Below, piece after piece: positions 54,262 to 64,000 of a stretch of DNA of 64,000 nt. Source of the stretch: an uncultured cyanobacterium (GTDB taxonomy: Bacteria > Cyanobacteriota > Cyanobacteriia > Cyanobacteriales > CAWCAG01); NCBI GenBank assembly GCA_963793425.1, contig CAWCAG010000009.1, positions 768,001 to 832,000 of the forward strand. The letters are read 5' to 3'. Within the stretch, counting starts at the first letter, position 1. Every line of letters begins with the position of its first letter. A program made the position numbers and the translations under genes. The notes beneath the pieces are model-generated. The model saw only the letters and a program-made list of their open reading frames with translations, was not told where the DNA came from and made no database searches.

Positions 54262-55895
54262 TTGAAGCGGAAGGGACGATAGATTCTGAGCAGATTACTT
54301 TAGGGCGATCGCGCCCGATCAACTCTGTAGATACTGACACCCAGATACCAATCCTACCAGTTGCCGTAGTTAACTATGTTATTCGTACTCAAGAAAACGT
54401 CGTTTTAGACAATGCTGCACAAGAAGAACAATTTAGCCGTGATCGCTACATTGTGTCAACTCAACCCAAATCGATTCTCTGTACCCCTTTGTTACATCAA
54501 GGCAAGCTAAGGGGCATCTTATACTTAGAAAACAACTTAACCACAGGGGCATTTACTAGCGATCGCATTGAAACCTTAAGAATTCTCTCTGCCCAAGCTG
54601 CTATTTCCCTGGAAAATGCCCAACTCTACGCCCAACTAGAAGATGCTAACCGCAACCTAGAACAAAGAGTAACACAGCGCACCCAAGAACTCTCCCAAAC
54701 CCTAGAAATCCTCAAAGCTACCCAAGCCGAACTGATCTTTGAAAACGAGTTACTCAGAAGTGCCGAACAACCTTCTAACTTTGACTACCAAGTGGGGGGG
54801 AGTTTGCCCATGGATGCTCCCACCTATGTGGTGCGATCAGCAGATCGTTCCCTCTACAAAGCTTTGCAGCAGGGGCAAGTTTGTTATATTCTTAATCCTC
54901 GGCAGATGGGAAAATCAAGCCTGATGGTGCGGATGATGCACCACCTGAGACATGAAGGGTTTAGCTGCGGGGCCATTGATCTTACCCGCATTGGTAGCGA
55001 AAACATTACTCCTGAGCAATGGTATAAAGGTTTGACGGTAGAATTATGGCGAAGTTTTGGCTTGTTAAGGAAGGTTAATCTGAGAAGTTGGTGGAATGAA
55101 CAAGGGGATATCTCTCCAGTGCAACGGTTAAGCCAATTTATTGAAGAGATTTTGCTGGTTGAAGTTGGTCAAAGCGATGACACTTTGCCGAAAAACCTGA
55201 TTGTTTTTATTGATGAAATTGATAGCTTTTTAAGCTTGAATTTCCCCGTAAATGACTTTTTCGCTCTCATTCGCTCCTGCTATAACCAACGCAGTATTAA
55301 CCCAGAGTATCGGCGTTTAACCTTTGCTCTTTTTGGCGTTGCTACTCCCGGAAATTTAATTACTGAGCAACAAACAACTCCCTTCAACATCGGTCAAACT
55401 ATTCAATTAGAAGGCTTCAAAGAGCATGAGGCACAACCTTTACTGCAAGGATTGGCAGAGAAAGTAACTAATCCGCAAACACTCTTGAAAGAAGTGTTAG
55501 GTTGGACAAACGGCCAGCCTTTTTTAACTCAAAAGCTTTGTAAACTAATCCGTAATGCTTCTTCTCCCATACCCATTAACCAAGAAGCGGCATGGCTTGC
55601 AAATTTGGTGCAGAAGTCGATAATAGAGAATTGGGAATCACAGGATCAACCAGAGCATTTGCAGACAATACGCGATCGCCTTCTCAAAAGTAAGCGATCA
55701 CCTCAGTTACTAGAAATATATCGACAAATTCTGCATCAGGGAGAAGTTATCGCCGTTGATTCTCCAGTAGAAAAAGAACTGCTTTTGTCAGGGTTAGTGA
55801 TCAAGCAACAGGGAGTTTTGAAGATTCATAATCAGATTTATGAATCTATCTTTAGCCGTAGTTGGCTTGAGTATCACCTTCGCTTTGATGCTTAA
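54204..55895 (+). pseudogene. GAF + AAA_35 protein, N-terminally truncated remnant of a larger multidomain gene
   Basis: The frame is open from about 54192 (GAQQGFLILEKEEQWVIEAEG... GAF) with no start codon until 54453. Walker A PRQMGKSS is present. Confidence 0.75.
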
Positions 55896-55932
55896 CTGTA
55901 GCGGTTTGCGATCATTTGTTCAATAATTCCAA

Positions 55933-56040
55933 CTCCAACTGGCAGTAGAAGTGACCTCAACCAATTGGGATGACGATTATATTGACAAACTTGATGAGTA
56001 TCAGCGTTTGGGGATTAGAGAATATTGGATTGTGGACTAT
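55933..56040 (+). pseudogene. Uma2-family endonuclease internal fragment
   Basis: Manual translation LQLAVEVTSTNWDDDYIDKLDEYQRLGIREYWIVDY. Confidence 0.75.
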
Positions 56041-56043
56041 TCA

Positions 56044-57152
56044 TTAAACATTGATTATTTGCAGATTTTGCTTAATACTCATTCCTCTATCCTGCAAAGT
56101 TTCGACAAATAAATCTGTTCTAAAGCTTGTTCTACGGACCAAATACCAGGTTTTTTTAGTCTTCCTTTTAGCAATGATTCTACTACACTTCCTGTACCCA
56201 TACCTGCGACCACAGCAGTATTTTCGTGGGTGAAAGCAGCATGACACTTTGCCCTTTTGCCATCCTTTTCTCCCTGTATTTCCGAACTTATAGCTACCCC
56301 AACACCACTGAAGCGATCAGTCACTTTTGTCATGGCATAACTGATGCGGGAGAAAAACTCGATGCCTTGTGAACTTTCAATCCAAGCAGAGGGAAATATA
56401 TGGGCAGTTATCCAAGTTAGATGATTATACAAATCGGGAACGGAACCGAATTTAGTAATAATATTTTTAGCAGAAAAAGACTCAGCAAAAGTGTAGGTTT
56501 CTGGCATATCGAACCAATAAACTCCTATCTTGCCATACTTAGGAAACTCAATAACTTCGCGATCACTATAGGGTGAAACTTTCTGCCACTGCCCATTTAA
56601 CCAAGCATCAAAAGCAGCCCTTAAACCTAAAAAAGTTGTCCGCATTACCGTCATTCCTGCACCTCCAGAACCAGCCACAACATAACTTAAATGAATAGTT
56701 TCTATTGTGTCTAATTGCTCTACTCCTTGGCGTACCATACTATTAGAAATACCAGGAAAAATCCCAGTATTAAGTACAGCAGTAATGCCTGCATTGCCAG
56801 CTTCTTGGCGATATTTAATTACTTTTTGCAAAAATGAGCGATGATCACTAACATCAACATAATCAACTTGTTGTTCAATGCAAGTTTTTAAAACTCTACC
56901 ATCACGATAATGAAAAGGTCCGGCACAATGAACTACTGCATTAGCCCTTGCGATCGCAGCTTTTAATTGATCTTGATTATCTAAGTCTAATTGCAGAGGT
57001 TTCAGTCTTTCATTGCCAAGAGTTTGCGTGGTAACTGTTCTTCCTGTTACCGTAATTTCTGCATCGGTATATTGCAACAAATCCTTAGTTACACTACTAC
57101 CAATCCTCCCTAATCCTCCTAAAATTAGTACGCGCTGTTTCATCCTGATCAA
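56044..57152 (-). CDS. saccharopine dehydrogenase-like oxidoreductase with apparent frameshift near the 3' end
   Basis: GGLGRIG, HCAGPF and TGIFPG. The natural-looking C-terminus TDLFVETLQDRG is in another frame. Confidence 0.82.
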
Positions 57153-57354
57153 CTTTTTGTAAGATTTTTGATTTAGATGAATCTTAGCTTATCGAAAGTT
57201 GTCAAACTCTGCTTCCGGCTCTCTACCTTAACGGGAATAGTGAAAACTTATTTAAGCAAGCTTGTCAAACCAATACATTAGCTGCGGCGATCGCAACTTT
57301 TAACTGATCTTGATTATCCAAGTCTCATCGCTGCTAAGGGAAGGAATATCTCGC

Positions 57355-57591
57355 TCTGTAGTAGAAATTAAATCCCAAAGTGATAGAATTAGACCTCTGG
57401 TAGAAAAAATTGAGATGTTTCTTTCTTTGGGTGCGGAAGTAGGAATTCTTATTGATCTAGATACAAGAACTGTAGTTATTTACAGAAACTCTGGAAGACC
57501 AACCCGACTAACAGATAATGATACTTTAACAATATCAGAACTTTTCCCTAGTTGGAAACTACCCGTGAGAGAACTTGGCCCCTGTATTTGA
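57355..57591 (+). pseudogene. Uma2-family endonuclease C-terminal fragment
   Basis: VVEIKSQSDRIRPLVEKI...GILID...ELFPSWKLPV, lacking the N-terminus. Confidence 0.75.
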
Positions 57592-57824
57592 ATGAAGAGT
57601 AAAATAGCCAAAGTTTTATTAAAGCTAAATATTCCAGCTTAAGTAAGCAATAACAGCAGATAATATAGAGAAGGTGCAATCGCCTCACTCCCAATAGTTA
57701 ATGAATTTACTGACATTAATAGATAAACTGGGGTACATCTGACCTTGAAAGGCATTGTATAGTAGAGATTTGGCTTCCGAATGGAGGTAATTCTCCAAAT
57801 GCTAACGTTGGCAACAAGGACATC

Positions 57825-59924
57825 ATGGAATCAAGTGAGAACCAACCTAGAGCATTGAATTGGCGCGGAGAAAGTGCCTTAGCTGCCATTGTTTTTACAG
57901 ATGTTGAGTCTTTTACTCCGATTATGGCAGCGGATGAAAACCACGCTTTGGCACTGATACAGCGGGATTTTCAATTAATGGCTCGCTTTTGCGAACAGAA
58001 GGAGGGACAGGTACTCAAATACTTGGGAGATGGTATGTTGATGTACTTTATCAGCGCCGAAAAAGCTGTCGATTGTGCCATTGAAATCCAAAAAGAGTTA
58101 GTAACTACCGCCACTACCCTAGAAAAGAAAGATATTTTGACCCATCGCATCGGCATACATTTAGGAGATGTATTTTTTAATGGTCAAGATGTCATGGGTA
58201 AAGGGGTTAATATGGCCTCTCGGTTGGAAGGACAATCTCAACCTGGGGGAATTTGTATTTCCCACACAGTTTATGAAGTAGTTAAAAATTGCCTCCAAGC
58301 CCCCATTACCTATGCGGGGATGAGGAAATTAAAAGGTATCCGTGAACCCGCCCCTATTTATCTTATTCCACCGCCACGCCAAAAAGTAGAAACAAAAACC
58401 AGGGTTTTTATCAGCTATCGTAACCAAGAACCGGATTTAAGCCTTGCTCAGACGTTTTACCATACTCTAATTAAAGCTGATTATGAAGCTTTTATGGCAG
58501 GGGAAAGTATTCGTTTAGGGGAAAGGTGGGCTGAAAGAATTGAAGACGAATTAAAATGTTGTGATTATTTACTAATACTTCTTTCTGAACAATCTGCTGC
58601 CAGCGAGATGGTGACAGAAGAAGTTCGCCGGGCGAAGGAATTACATAGCCTTAATTCTGATGGGAAACCCTATATCTTACCCATTAGAGTTAAATTTCCC
58701 ATGACTTCCCCTTTGAATTACAACCTTAAAGGTTATTTAGATCGGATTCAACAAAGGGAGTGGAATTCAGAGGAAGATACTCCTCGGTTAGTACAGGAAG
58801 TTTTTGATATAATTCATTCAGGCAAACCCTTAGAACAACCAGAGGAAAATACTTCAGAAGCTTATGCAACTAATTGGGAAAATCCTGATCTTCCTCCTTT
58901 ACCCATAGCTATCCCAGAATTACCTGATGGGCAGGTGGATGTAGCTTCTGTATTTTATGTTGAACGCCCCCCTATTGAAGATCGGGCCATAGAAACAGTG
59001 ATTCAAGCTGGTTCTTTAATTAGGATCAAAGCCCCCAGGCAAATGGGCAAAACTTCCTTAATGGCGAGAATCTTACACCATGCCAAGGAACAAGGTTATT
59101 GTGCTGTCCCCCTAAGCTTTCAGCTAGCTGATGGCAAGATTTTTCAAGATTTAGACCGTTTTTTGCGTTGGTTTTGCGCCAGTGTCGGTAGGAGGCTACG
59201 CTTACCCAATCAGCTTAATGATTATTGGGATGAAATTTTTGGTAGTAAGGATAACTGCACCGCTTATTTTGAAGAATATCTCCTAGAAAATCTGGAAGCG
59301 CCTCTGGTTTTGGGTTTGGATGAGGTAGATTGTATTTTTAGATATCCAGAAATTGCCACAGACTTTTTTGGCTTATTGCGGGCTTGGCATGAAGAAGCGA
59401 AAAATCGTGATATCTGGAAAAAGTTACGCCTAGTGGTGGTACATTCGACGGAAGTTTATGTACCAATGGATGTCAACCAATCTCCTTTTAATGTTGGGCT
59501 ACCCTTAGAGTTACCAGAATTTACCCCAGAACAAGTTTGTGAACTATCTCGTTTACACGGTTTAGATTGGCAAAAGTCCCACATTTTGCAACTGATGAAC
59601 TTAGTGGGGGGACATCCTTATTTAGTTCGTTTGGCACTCTATTATATTGCTAGGCAAGATATTACTTTAGAAAAGTTAATCCAAGTTGCTCCTACAGAAG
59701 GAGGGTTATACAACAATCACTTGCGTCGCCATTTATGGAACTTACAACAACACCCAGAATTGGCTGGAGCAATGCAAGAGGTAGTAGAAGCGGGTACAGA
59801 ATCTCTACGTTTAGGTTCCAAGTTAGCTTTCAAATTACATAGTATGGGCTTGGTTAGTTTCCGAGCTAATGAAGTTAAACCTAGGTGTAATTTGTATCAA
59901 CAGTATTTTCAAGAAAGATTATAG
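57825..59924 (+). CDS. class III adenylate/guanylate cyclase-TIR-AAA_35 fusion protein
   Basis: Cyclase motifs VFTDV, KYLGDG, RIGIHLGDV and VNMASRLE; TIR VFISY...SEMVTEEV; NTPase KAPRQMGKTS and LDEVD. Confidence 0.9.
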   Translation: MESSENQPRALNWRGESALAAIVFTDVESFTPIMAADENHALALIQRDFQLMARFCEQKEGQVLKYLGDGMLMYFISAEKAVDCAIEIQKELVTTATTLEKKDILTHRIGIHLGDVFFNGQDVMGKGVNMASRLEGQSQPGGICISHTVYEVVKNCLQAPITYAGMRKLKGIREPAPIYLIPPPRQKVETKTRVFISYRNQEPDLSLAQTFYHTLIKADYEAFMAGESIRLGERWAERIEDELKCCDYLLILLSEQSAASEMVTEEVRRAKELHSLNSDGKPYILPIRVKFPMTSPLNYNLKGYLDRIQQREWNSEEDTPRLVQEVFDIIHSGKPLEQPEENTSEAYATNWENPDLPPLPIAIPELPDGQVDVASVFYVERPPIEDRAIETVIQAGSLIRIKAPRQMGKTSLMARILHHAKEQGYCAVPLSFQLADGKIFQDLDRFLRWFCASVGRRLRLPNQLNDYWDEIFGSKDNCTAYFEEYLLENLEAPLVLGLDEVDCIFRYPEIATDFFGLLRAWHEEAKNRDIWKKLRLVVVHSTEVYVPMDVNQSPFNVGLPLELPEFTPEQVCELSRLHGLDWQKSHILQLMNLVGGHPYLVRLALYYIARQDITLEKLIQVAPTEGGLYNNHLRRHLWNLQQHPELAGAMQEVVEAGTESLRLGSKLAFKLHSMGLVSFRANEVKPRCNLYQQYFQERL

Positions 59925-59972
59925 GTAGTGGTACAAAAATAATGATATTGATACAGCATGATAAGCAATTTG

Positions 59973-61460
59973 CTAGGGTTTATCATTCGCTCTTATTTTG
60001 GCGAACATCCATTTATCATTATCGTAATCCCAAAAAAGAGAAAACTGTAGCTTTTGGCTACTAACTTTTCCGTCATTCTTGTTATAAATTAACTCAACAT
60101 CAACCTTAGCGGTATCAGGATTATTTTTTGCTATTTCAAGGTCTTGAAGTTCTACAGAATCAATGGTTTCCCACCAATTAACATAGGAAAAATAGCCATC
60201 TGGATGTAAATCTTTGTCGTTTTGCAACCCTGCTGGTAAACGTTCCCAAGCTGCCCGATATTGACCATTGTTTATATCGTTGTAATAATCCTCAATGGCT
60301 TTTTCTGGGGAAGGACGCTGAATTTGATTGTTACTGTTGCTTAATGACTTGACTGGCGGTGCTTCAGGGGAACGAGTCATCATACGACCAATAACCACAG
60401 AACCCCCAATTAAACTCCCTAAAATTAGTAACGCCACAAAAAGACTTAAGAATAGATTTTGCTGGGGTTCAGCCTGTGAGGGTTCAACTGAAGTCTTTCT
60501 GGGGCCAGCTAAAGAAGGTTCTTGAGAAGTGGGGGCTACTGCTATAGTCGGAGATAGAGTTGGAGGTGGGGGTTGAGTTAGGTCTGGTGGCGGTTCTGTG
60601 AGATTATTGTAGGGTATAGTTGCAGGAAAACTTATTTCCTTATTTTCCAACGCCGCTAACATATCCATAGCAGTAGGAAAACGATCCCTAGGATGATATC
60701 TAACTGCTTTATCTAATACAGCAGCTAACTCTGAACTAACTTGAGTCGCTTGTTGTCGCCAAAGAATTTCTCCTGTTGCAGGATCTGTTTCCAACATCTG
60801 GGGTCTTTTCCCCGAAAGCAAATAAATTGCTACCAAACTCAAACTATATAAATCACTAGAATAAAGGGGCTTTCCCGCTGCTTGTTCACTGGGCATAAAG
60901 CCAGGAGTGCCGATAACAATGGAACTAGTGGTACTACCTTGGGCATTAACTATTGTTCCCATGGCTTCTTTAACAGCCCCAAAATCAATTAAAACTGGTT
61001 TCTGGTCGGAGGATCGTAGGATAATATTTTCTGGTTTAATATCCCTATGAACAATCTTTTGGCTGTGAATGTAATCCAGCACAGGCAAAATATCAACCAA
61101 AATTCCCCTAACTTCATCTTCTCCTAAACGTTGCTGCTGTTGGACTTTTTCAGCTAAGGTAACTCCTGGAATCCACTTTTGAACTAAATAAAATTGTTCT
61201 TCTTCAGTGAAATAAGCATAAAGTCTGGGGATTTGCTGATTAGCCTCTCCTAATTCTTCTAAGATAGCTGCTTCTCTTTGAAATCTCTCTTTAACTAATT
61301 CGTATACTTGAGGGTTTTGGGTCATCGGTTTAAGCAGCTTGATAACGCAACTTCTTCCGGAGGGCATATGAGTATCTTCGGCTAAGAAAGTCTCGCCGAA
61401 ACCCCCTTTACCTAAAGGACGAAGTAAGCGATAGCGGTTACTTAAAAGATCGTTAGTCAT
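59973..61460 (-). CDS. Ser/Thr protein kinase with TM segment and extracytoplasmic domain
   Basis: Motifs GKGGFG, HRDIKPEN and DFG; paralog of 22927..24480. Confidence 0.93.
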   Translation of the reverse strand: MTNDLLSNRYRLLRPLGKGGFGETFLAEDTHMPSGRSCVIKLLKPMTQNPQVYELVKERFQREAAILEELGEANQQIPRLYAYFTEEEQFYLVQKWIPGVTLAEKVQQQQRLGEDEVRGILVDILPVLDYIHSQKIVHRDIKPENIILRSSDQKPVLIDFGAVKEAMGTIVNAQGSTTSSIVIGTPGFMPSEQAAGKPLYSSDLYSLSLVAIYLLSGKRPQMLETDPATGEILWRQQATQVSSELAAVLDKAVRYHPRDRFPTAMDMLAALENKEISFPATIPYNNLTEPPPDLTQPPPPTLSPTIAVAPTSQEPSLAGPRKTSVEPSQAEPQQNLFLSLFVALLILGSLIGGSVVIGRMMTRSPEAPPVKSLSNSNNQIQRPSPEKAIEDYYNDINNGQYRAAWERLPAGLQNDKDLHPDGYFSYVNWWETIDSVELQDLEIAKNNPDTAKVDVELIYNKNDGKVSSQKLQFSLFWDYDNDKWMFAKIRANDKP

Positions 61461-61482
61461 TGGTGATTTAAAAAATTTGCTG

Positions 61483-62127
61483 CTACGGCGATAATCTTTC
61501 CCTTGTCCAATTCCCAGTTTGACTTTTTTGGTAAAGTAAGCGGTCGTGTAACCTACTAGGTCTTCCTTGCCAAAATTCCAGAGACTGGGGCATAACCCTG
61601 AATCCTCCCCAATGAGGCGGACGTGGTACTGTTTGTTCAGTATACTGCTCTTTAATCGCTTTCAATTTCTCTTCTAGCACCTGACGGTTAGGAATAACCT
61701 GGCTTTGGGCTGATGCCCATGCACCCAATTGAGAATTATGGGGACGGCTGTTAAAATACTCATTGGATTCTTGGGGAGAAATTTGTTCTACTAAACCAGA
61801 AATTCTTACTTGTCTTTCTAATTCAGCCCACCAAAAAACTAAAGAAGCATGAGGATTTTGCAGCAATTGTCGCCCTTTTTTACTTTCATAGTTGGTATAA
61901 AAGACAAAGCCCCTTTGATCAAAACCCTTCAGTAGAACCATTCTGGCCGAAGGTTTACCATCAGGAGTAGCCGTAGCAAGGGTCATGGCATTGGGTTCGT
62001 TTAATTGGGCTTCCAAGGCTTGATTAAACCAAATTTGAAATTGCTCAAAAGGATTGGTAGAAGCAGATTCTTCTGTTAAGCCAGCAAGGGTATAATTTTG
62101 GCGTAAGTCAGCAATGGATAGATTCAT
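61483..62127 (-). CDS. pdxH: pyridoxamine 5'-phosphate oxidase
   Basis: Motifs PSARMVLLK, FYTNYESKK and EFWQGRPSRLHDR. Confidence 0.96.
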   Translation of the reverse strand: MNLSIADLRQNYTLAGLTEESASTNPFEQFQIWFNQALEAQLNEPNAMTLATATPDGKPSARMVLLKGFDQRGFVFYTNYESKKGRQLLQNPHASLVFWWAELERQVRISGLVEQISPQESNEYFNSRPHNSQLGAWASAQSQVIPNRQVLEEKLKAIKEQYTEQTVPRPPHWGGFRVMPQSLEFWQGRPSRLHDRLLYQKSQTGNWTRERLSP

Positions 62128-62179
62128 AGGGTTAATTGATAACTGTATAGCTTGCCATTTGAGAAGACATCAATGATCA

Positions 62180-62968
62180 TTGAAAAGAATGCCAGAAAGT
62201 GTTGATGGAGCGATCGCAGTTTTACTTGATTTAGCCCAACGGGGAGAAATTGATCCTTGGGATGTCCAGGTGATTGAGGTGATTGATCGCTATTTGAGTA
62301 AGTTAACACTTCCTGGCAACCTTGAACCGGGAACCCAAGAAGCTGACTTACCTCAATCAGGACAAGCTTTTTTGTGGGCATCAATGTTGGTTTTTCTTAA
62401 GGCTGATACCCTCCAAAAACTGGAAGAAGAACCCGAAAATGAGGATTTTTTAGAAGAGGAGATAGTAGAGGTAGAGGGGAAACGTCGTTTACCTATACGC
62501 CTAGAAAAGCACATTCGTCGCCGCCCTAGCGCCCCTCCTTTACGTCGTAGGAGAGTAACCTTAAATGAATTGATTGGGCAAATTAAAGAGATTGCTGCCA
62601 CCCTAACCCTAGAAGAAAATCCTGCTTCTACGGATTCAGGGCGTAGCCGCCGCCATTCTCGCCAAGAAGCAACCCGTATTGTCACAGAATTAGCCCATAA
62701 CGAGAATCTTACGGAGGTAGCTAGCCAATTAGAGCAATTTTTAACTTTTGAATTACCTCAACTTTCTCCAGAACAAAGTTGGTTAGATTTGGAACAATTA
62801 TTAAATTGGTGGAGTGAGGCTACTAGCAGAAGTGATACCCATCATAACTCCAAAACCCATGACAGAGTAGGGGTTTTTTGGGCTTTACTTTTACTTTCGG
62901 CCCAATCAAAAGTAGAGTTATCTCAGGATGAATTTTACCAAGATTTAAGGGTTAAGCCTTTGAGATGA
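62180..62968 (+). CDS. scpA: segregation/condensation protein A
   Basis: Motifs GEIDPWDV and FWALLLLS...VELSQDEFY. Confidence 0.88.
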   Translation: MKRMPESVDGAIAVLLDLAQRGEIDPWDVQVIEVIDRYLSKLTLPGNLEPGTQEADLPQSGQAFLWASMLVFLKADTLQKLEEEPENEDFLEEEIVEVEGKRRLPIRLEKHIRRRPSAPPLRRRRVTLNELIGQIKEIAATLTLEENPASTDSGRSRRHSRQEATRIVTELAHNENLTEVASQLEQFLTFELPQLSPEQSWLDLEQLLNWWSEATSRSDTHHNSKTHDRVGVFWALLLLSAQSKVELSQDEFYQDLRVKPLR

Positions 62969-63117
62969 TCAGCTCAAAACGGTCGAAATGCCATCATTAT
63001 CTATCTAGATGAGTTAAAACAGAATAGTTAGCGATCGCTAACTATTCATCAGAAGAGTTAGTACGTTGAACAAAATCAGTAAACAAAATGTGATTTAGGG
63101 TTGAGGGATAAATAAAT

Positions 63118-64000
63118 ATGAAAGCCATGATCCTAGCGGCTGGCAAAGGTACTCGCGTGCGTCCAATTACTCACACAATTCCCAAACCACTGATTCCGAT
63201 CTTTCAGAAACCAGTGATGGAGTTCTTGCTAGAACTGCTCAGGAGTCATGGCTTTGATCAGGTTATGGTTAATGTTAGCCATCTTGCTGATCGTATAGAA
63301 GGTTATTTCCGGGATGGACAGCGTTTTGGGGTAGATATTGCCTATTCTTTTGAAGGCAAAATTGTTGATGATGGACGCTTGATTGGAGAAGCGATGGGTT
63401 CAGCAGGAGGATTGCGACGCATTCAAGATTTTTCTCCCTTCTTTGATGATACTTTTATTGTGCTTTGCGGCGATGCTTTAATTGATTTGGATCTTACCGC
63501 AGCAGTGAAAAAGCACCGGGAAAAAGGTGCGATCGCTACAGTTGTGACTAAATCAGTTCCCAAAGAACAAGTTTCTAGTTACGGGGTTGTGGTGACAGAT
63601 GAAGAAGGCAGAATTAAAGCTTTCCAAGAAAAGCCTACAGTTGAAGAAGCCCTGAGTAATGAAATAAATACCGGGATTTATATTTTTGAACCAGAAGTGA
63701 TTGATTATATTCCCCCAGGTCAAAATTATGATATTGGTGGAGAATTATTCCCTAAGTTAGTAGAAAACAATGCTCCTTTTTATGCTGTTTCTATGGATTT
63801 TCAATGGGTAGATATTGGGAAAGTTCCCGACTATTGGAATGCTATTCAAGGAGTGTTACAAGGAAAGATTAAAAATGTTGATATACCCGGTACAGAAGTT
63901 GCCCCCGGCATTTACACTGGCCTGAATGTGGCAGTTAATTGGGACAAAGTTGATATTACCGGGCCAGTTTATATTGGCGGTATGACTAAAATTGAAGATG
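63118..64000 (+). CDS. NDP-sugar synthase / nucleotidyltransferase (CugP/mannose-1-P guanylyltransferase-like), partial
   Basis: Manual translation MKAMILAAGKGTRVRPITHTIPKPLIPI... The frame appears to stay open to the window end. Confidence 0.9.
   Translation, partial: MKAMILAAGKGTRVRPITHTIPKPLIPIFQKPVMEFLLELLRSHGFDQVMVNVSHLADRIEGYFRDGQRFGVDIAYSFEGKIVDDGRLIGEAMGSAGGLRRIQDFSPFFDDTFIVLCGDALIDLDLTAAVKKHREKGAIATVVTKSVPKEQVSSYGVVVTDEEGRIKAFQEKPTVEEALSNEINTGIYIFEPEVIDYIPPGQNYDIGGELFPKLVENNAPFYAVSMDFQWVDIGKVPDYWNAIQGVLQGKIKNVDIPGTEVAPGIYTGLNVAVNWDKVDITGPVYIGGMTKIED

Noticed and set aside
11909..63537. Frequent GCGATCGC palindromes
   Set aside because: HIP1 is a well-known genome-wide cyanobacterial feature and is informative only for taxonomy.

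Overview
Cyanobacterial chromosome segment, judged from frequent HIP1 GCGATCGC octamers, psb30, pedR and PEP-CTERM genes. It opens with a minus-strand rRNA operon (partial 23S, tRNA-Ala, tRNA-Ile, 16S, sigma70 promoter). About 39 kb of mostly housekeeping and signalling genes follow (ethylene-receptor-like histidine kinase, prfC, hemD, recJ, leuS, mgtE, menE/menC and others). An accessory island at about 42.9-60 kb holds the main find, an atypical cyanobactin-like RiPP locus. It contains an amidase, a PatD-type YcaO cyclodehydratase, a PatA-type protease, three small precursor genes absent from the ORF track, and a PatB-like protein with a Cys-rich tail. The precursors have PKQxAPIxR leaders and G/AVEAS cleavage sites. 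Their cores are linear, amphipathic and antimicrobial-peptide-like, with no RSI or RSIII motif. No macrocyclase, prenyltransferase or oxidase gene is visible. Two promoters in the locus share the same direct-repeat architecture. The island also carries three AAA_35 NTPases (one an adenylate cyclase-TIR fusion), a membrane-anchored LecA-like lectin and several deletion scars. The window ends with pdxH, scpA and a partial cugP-like gene. All family assignments come from motif recognition by eye; no database searches were run.
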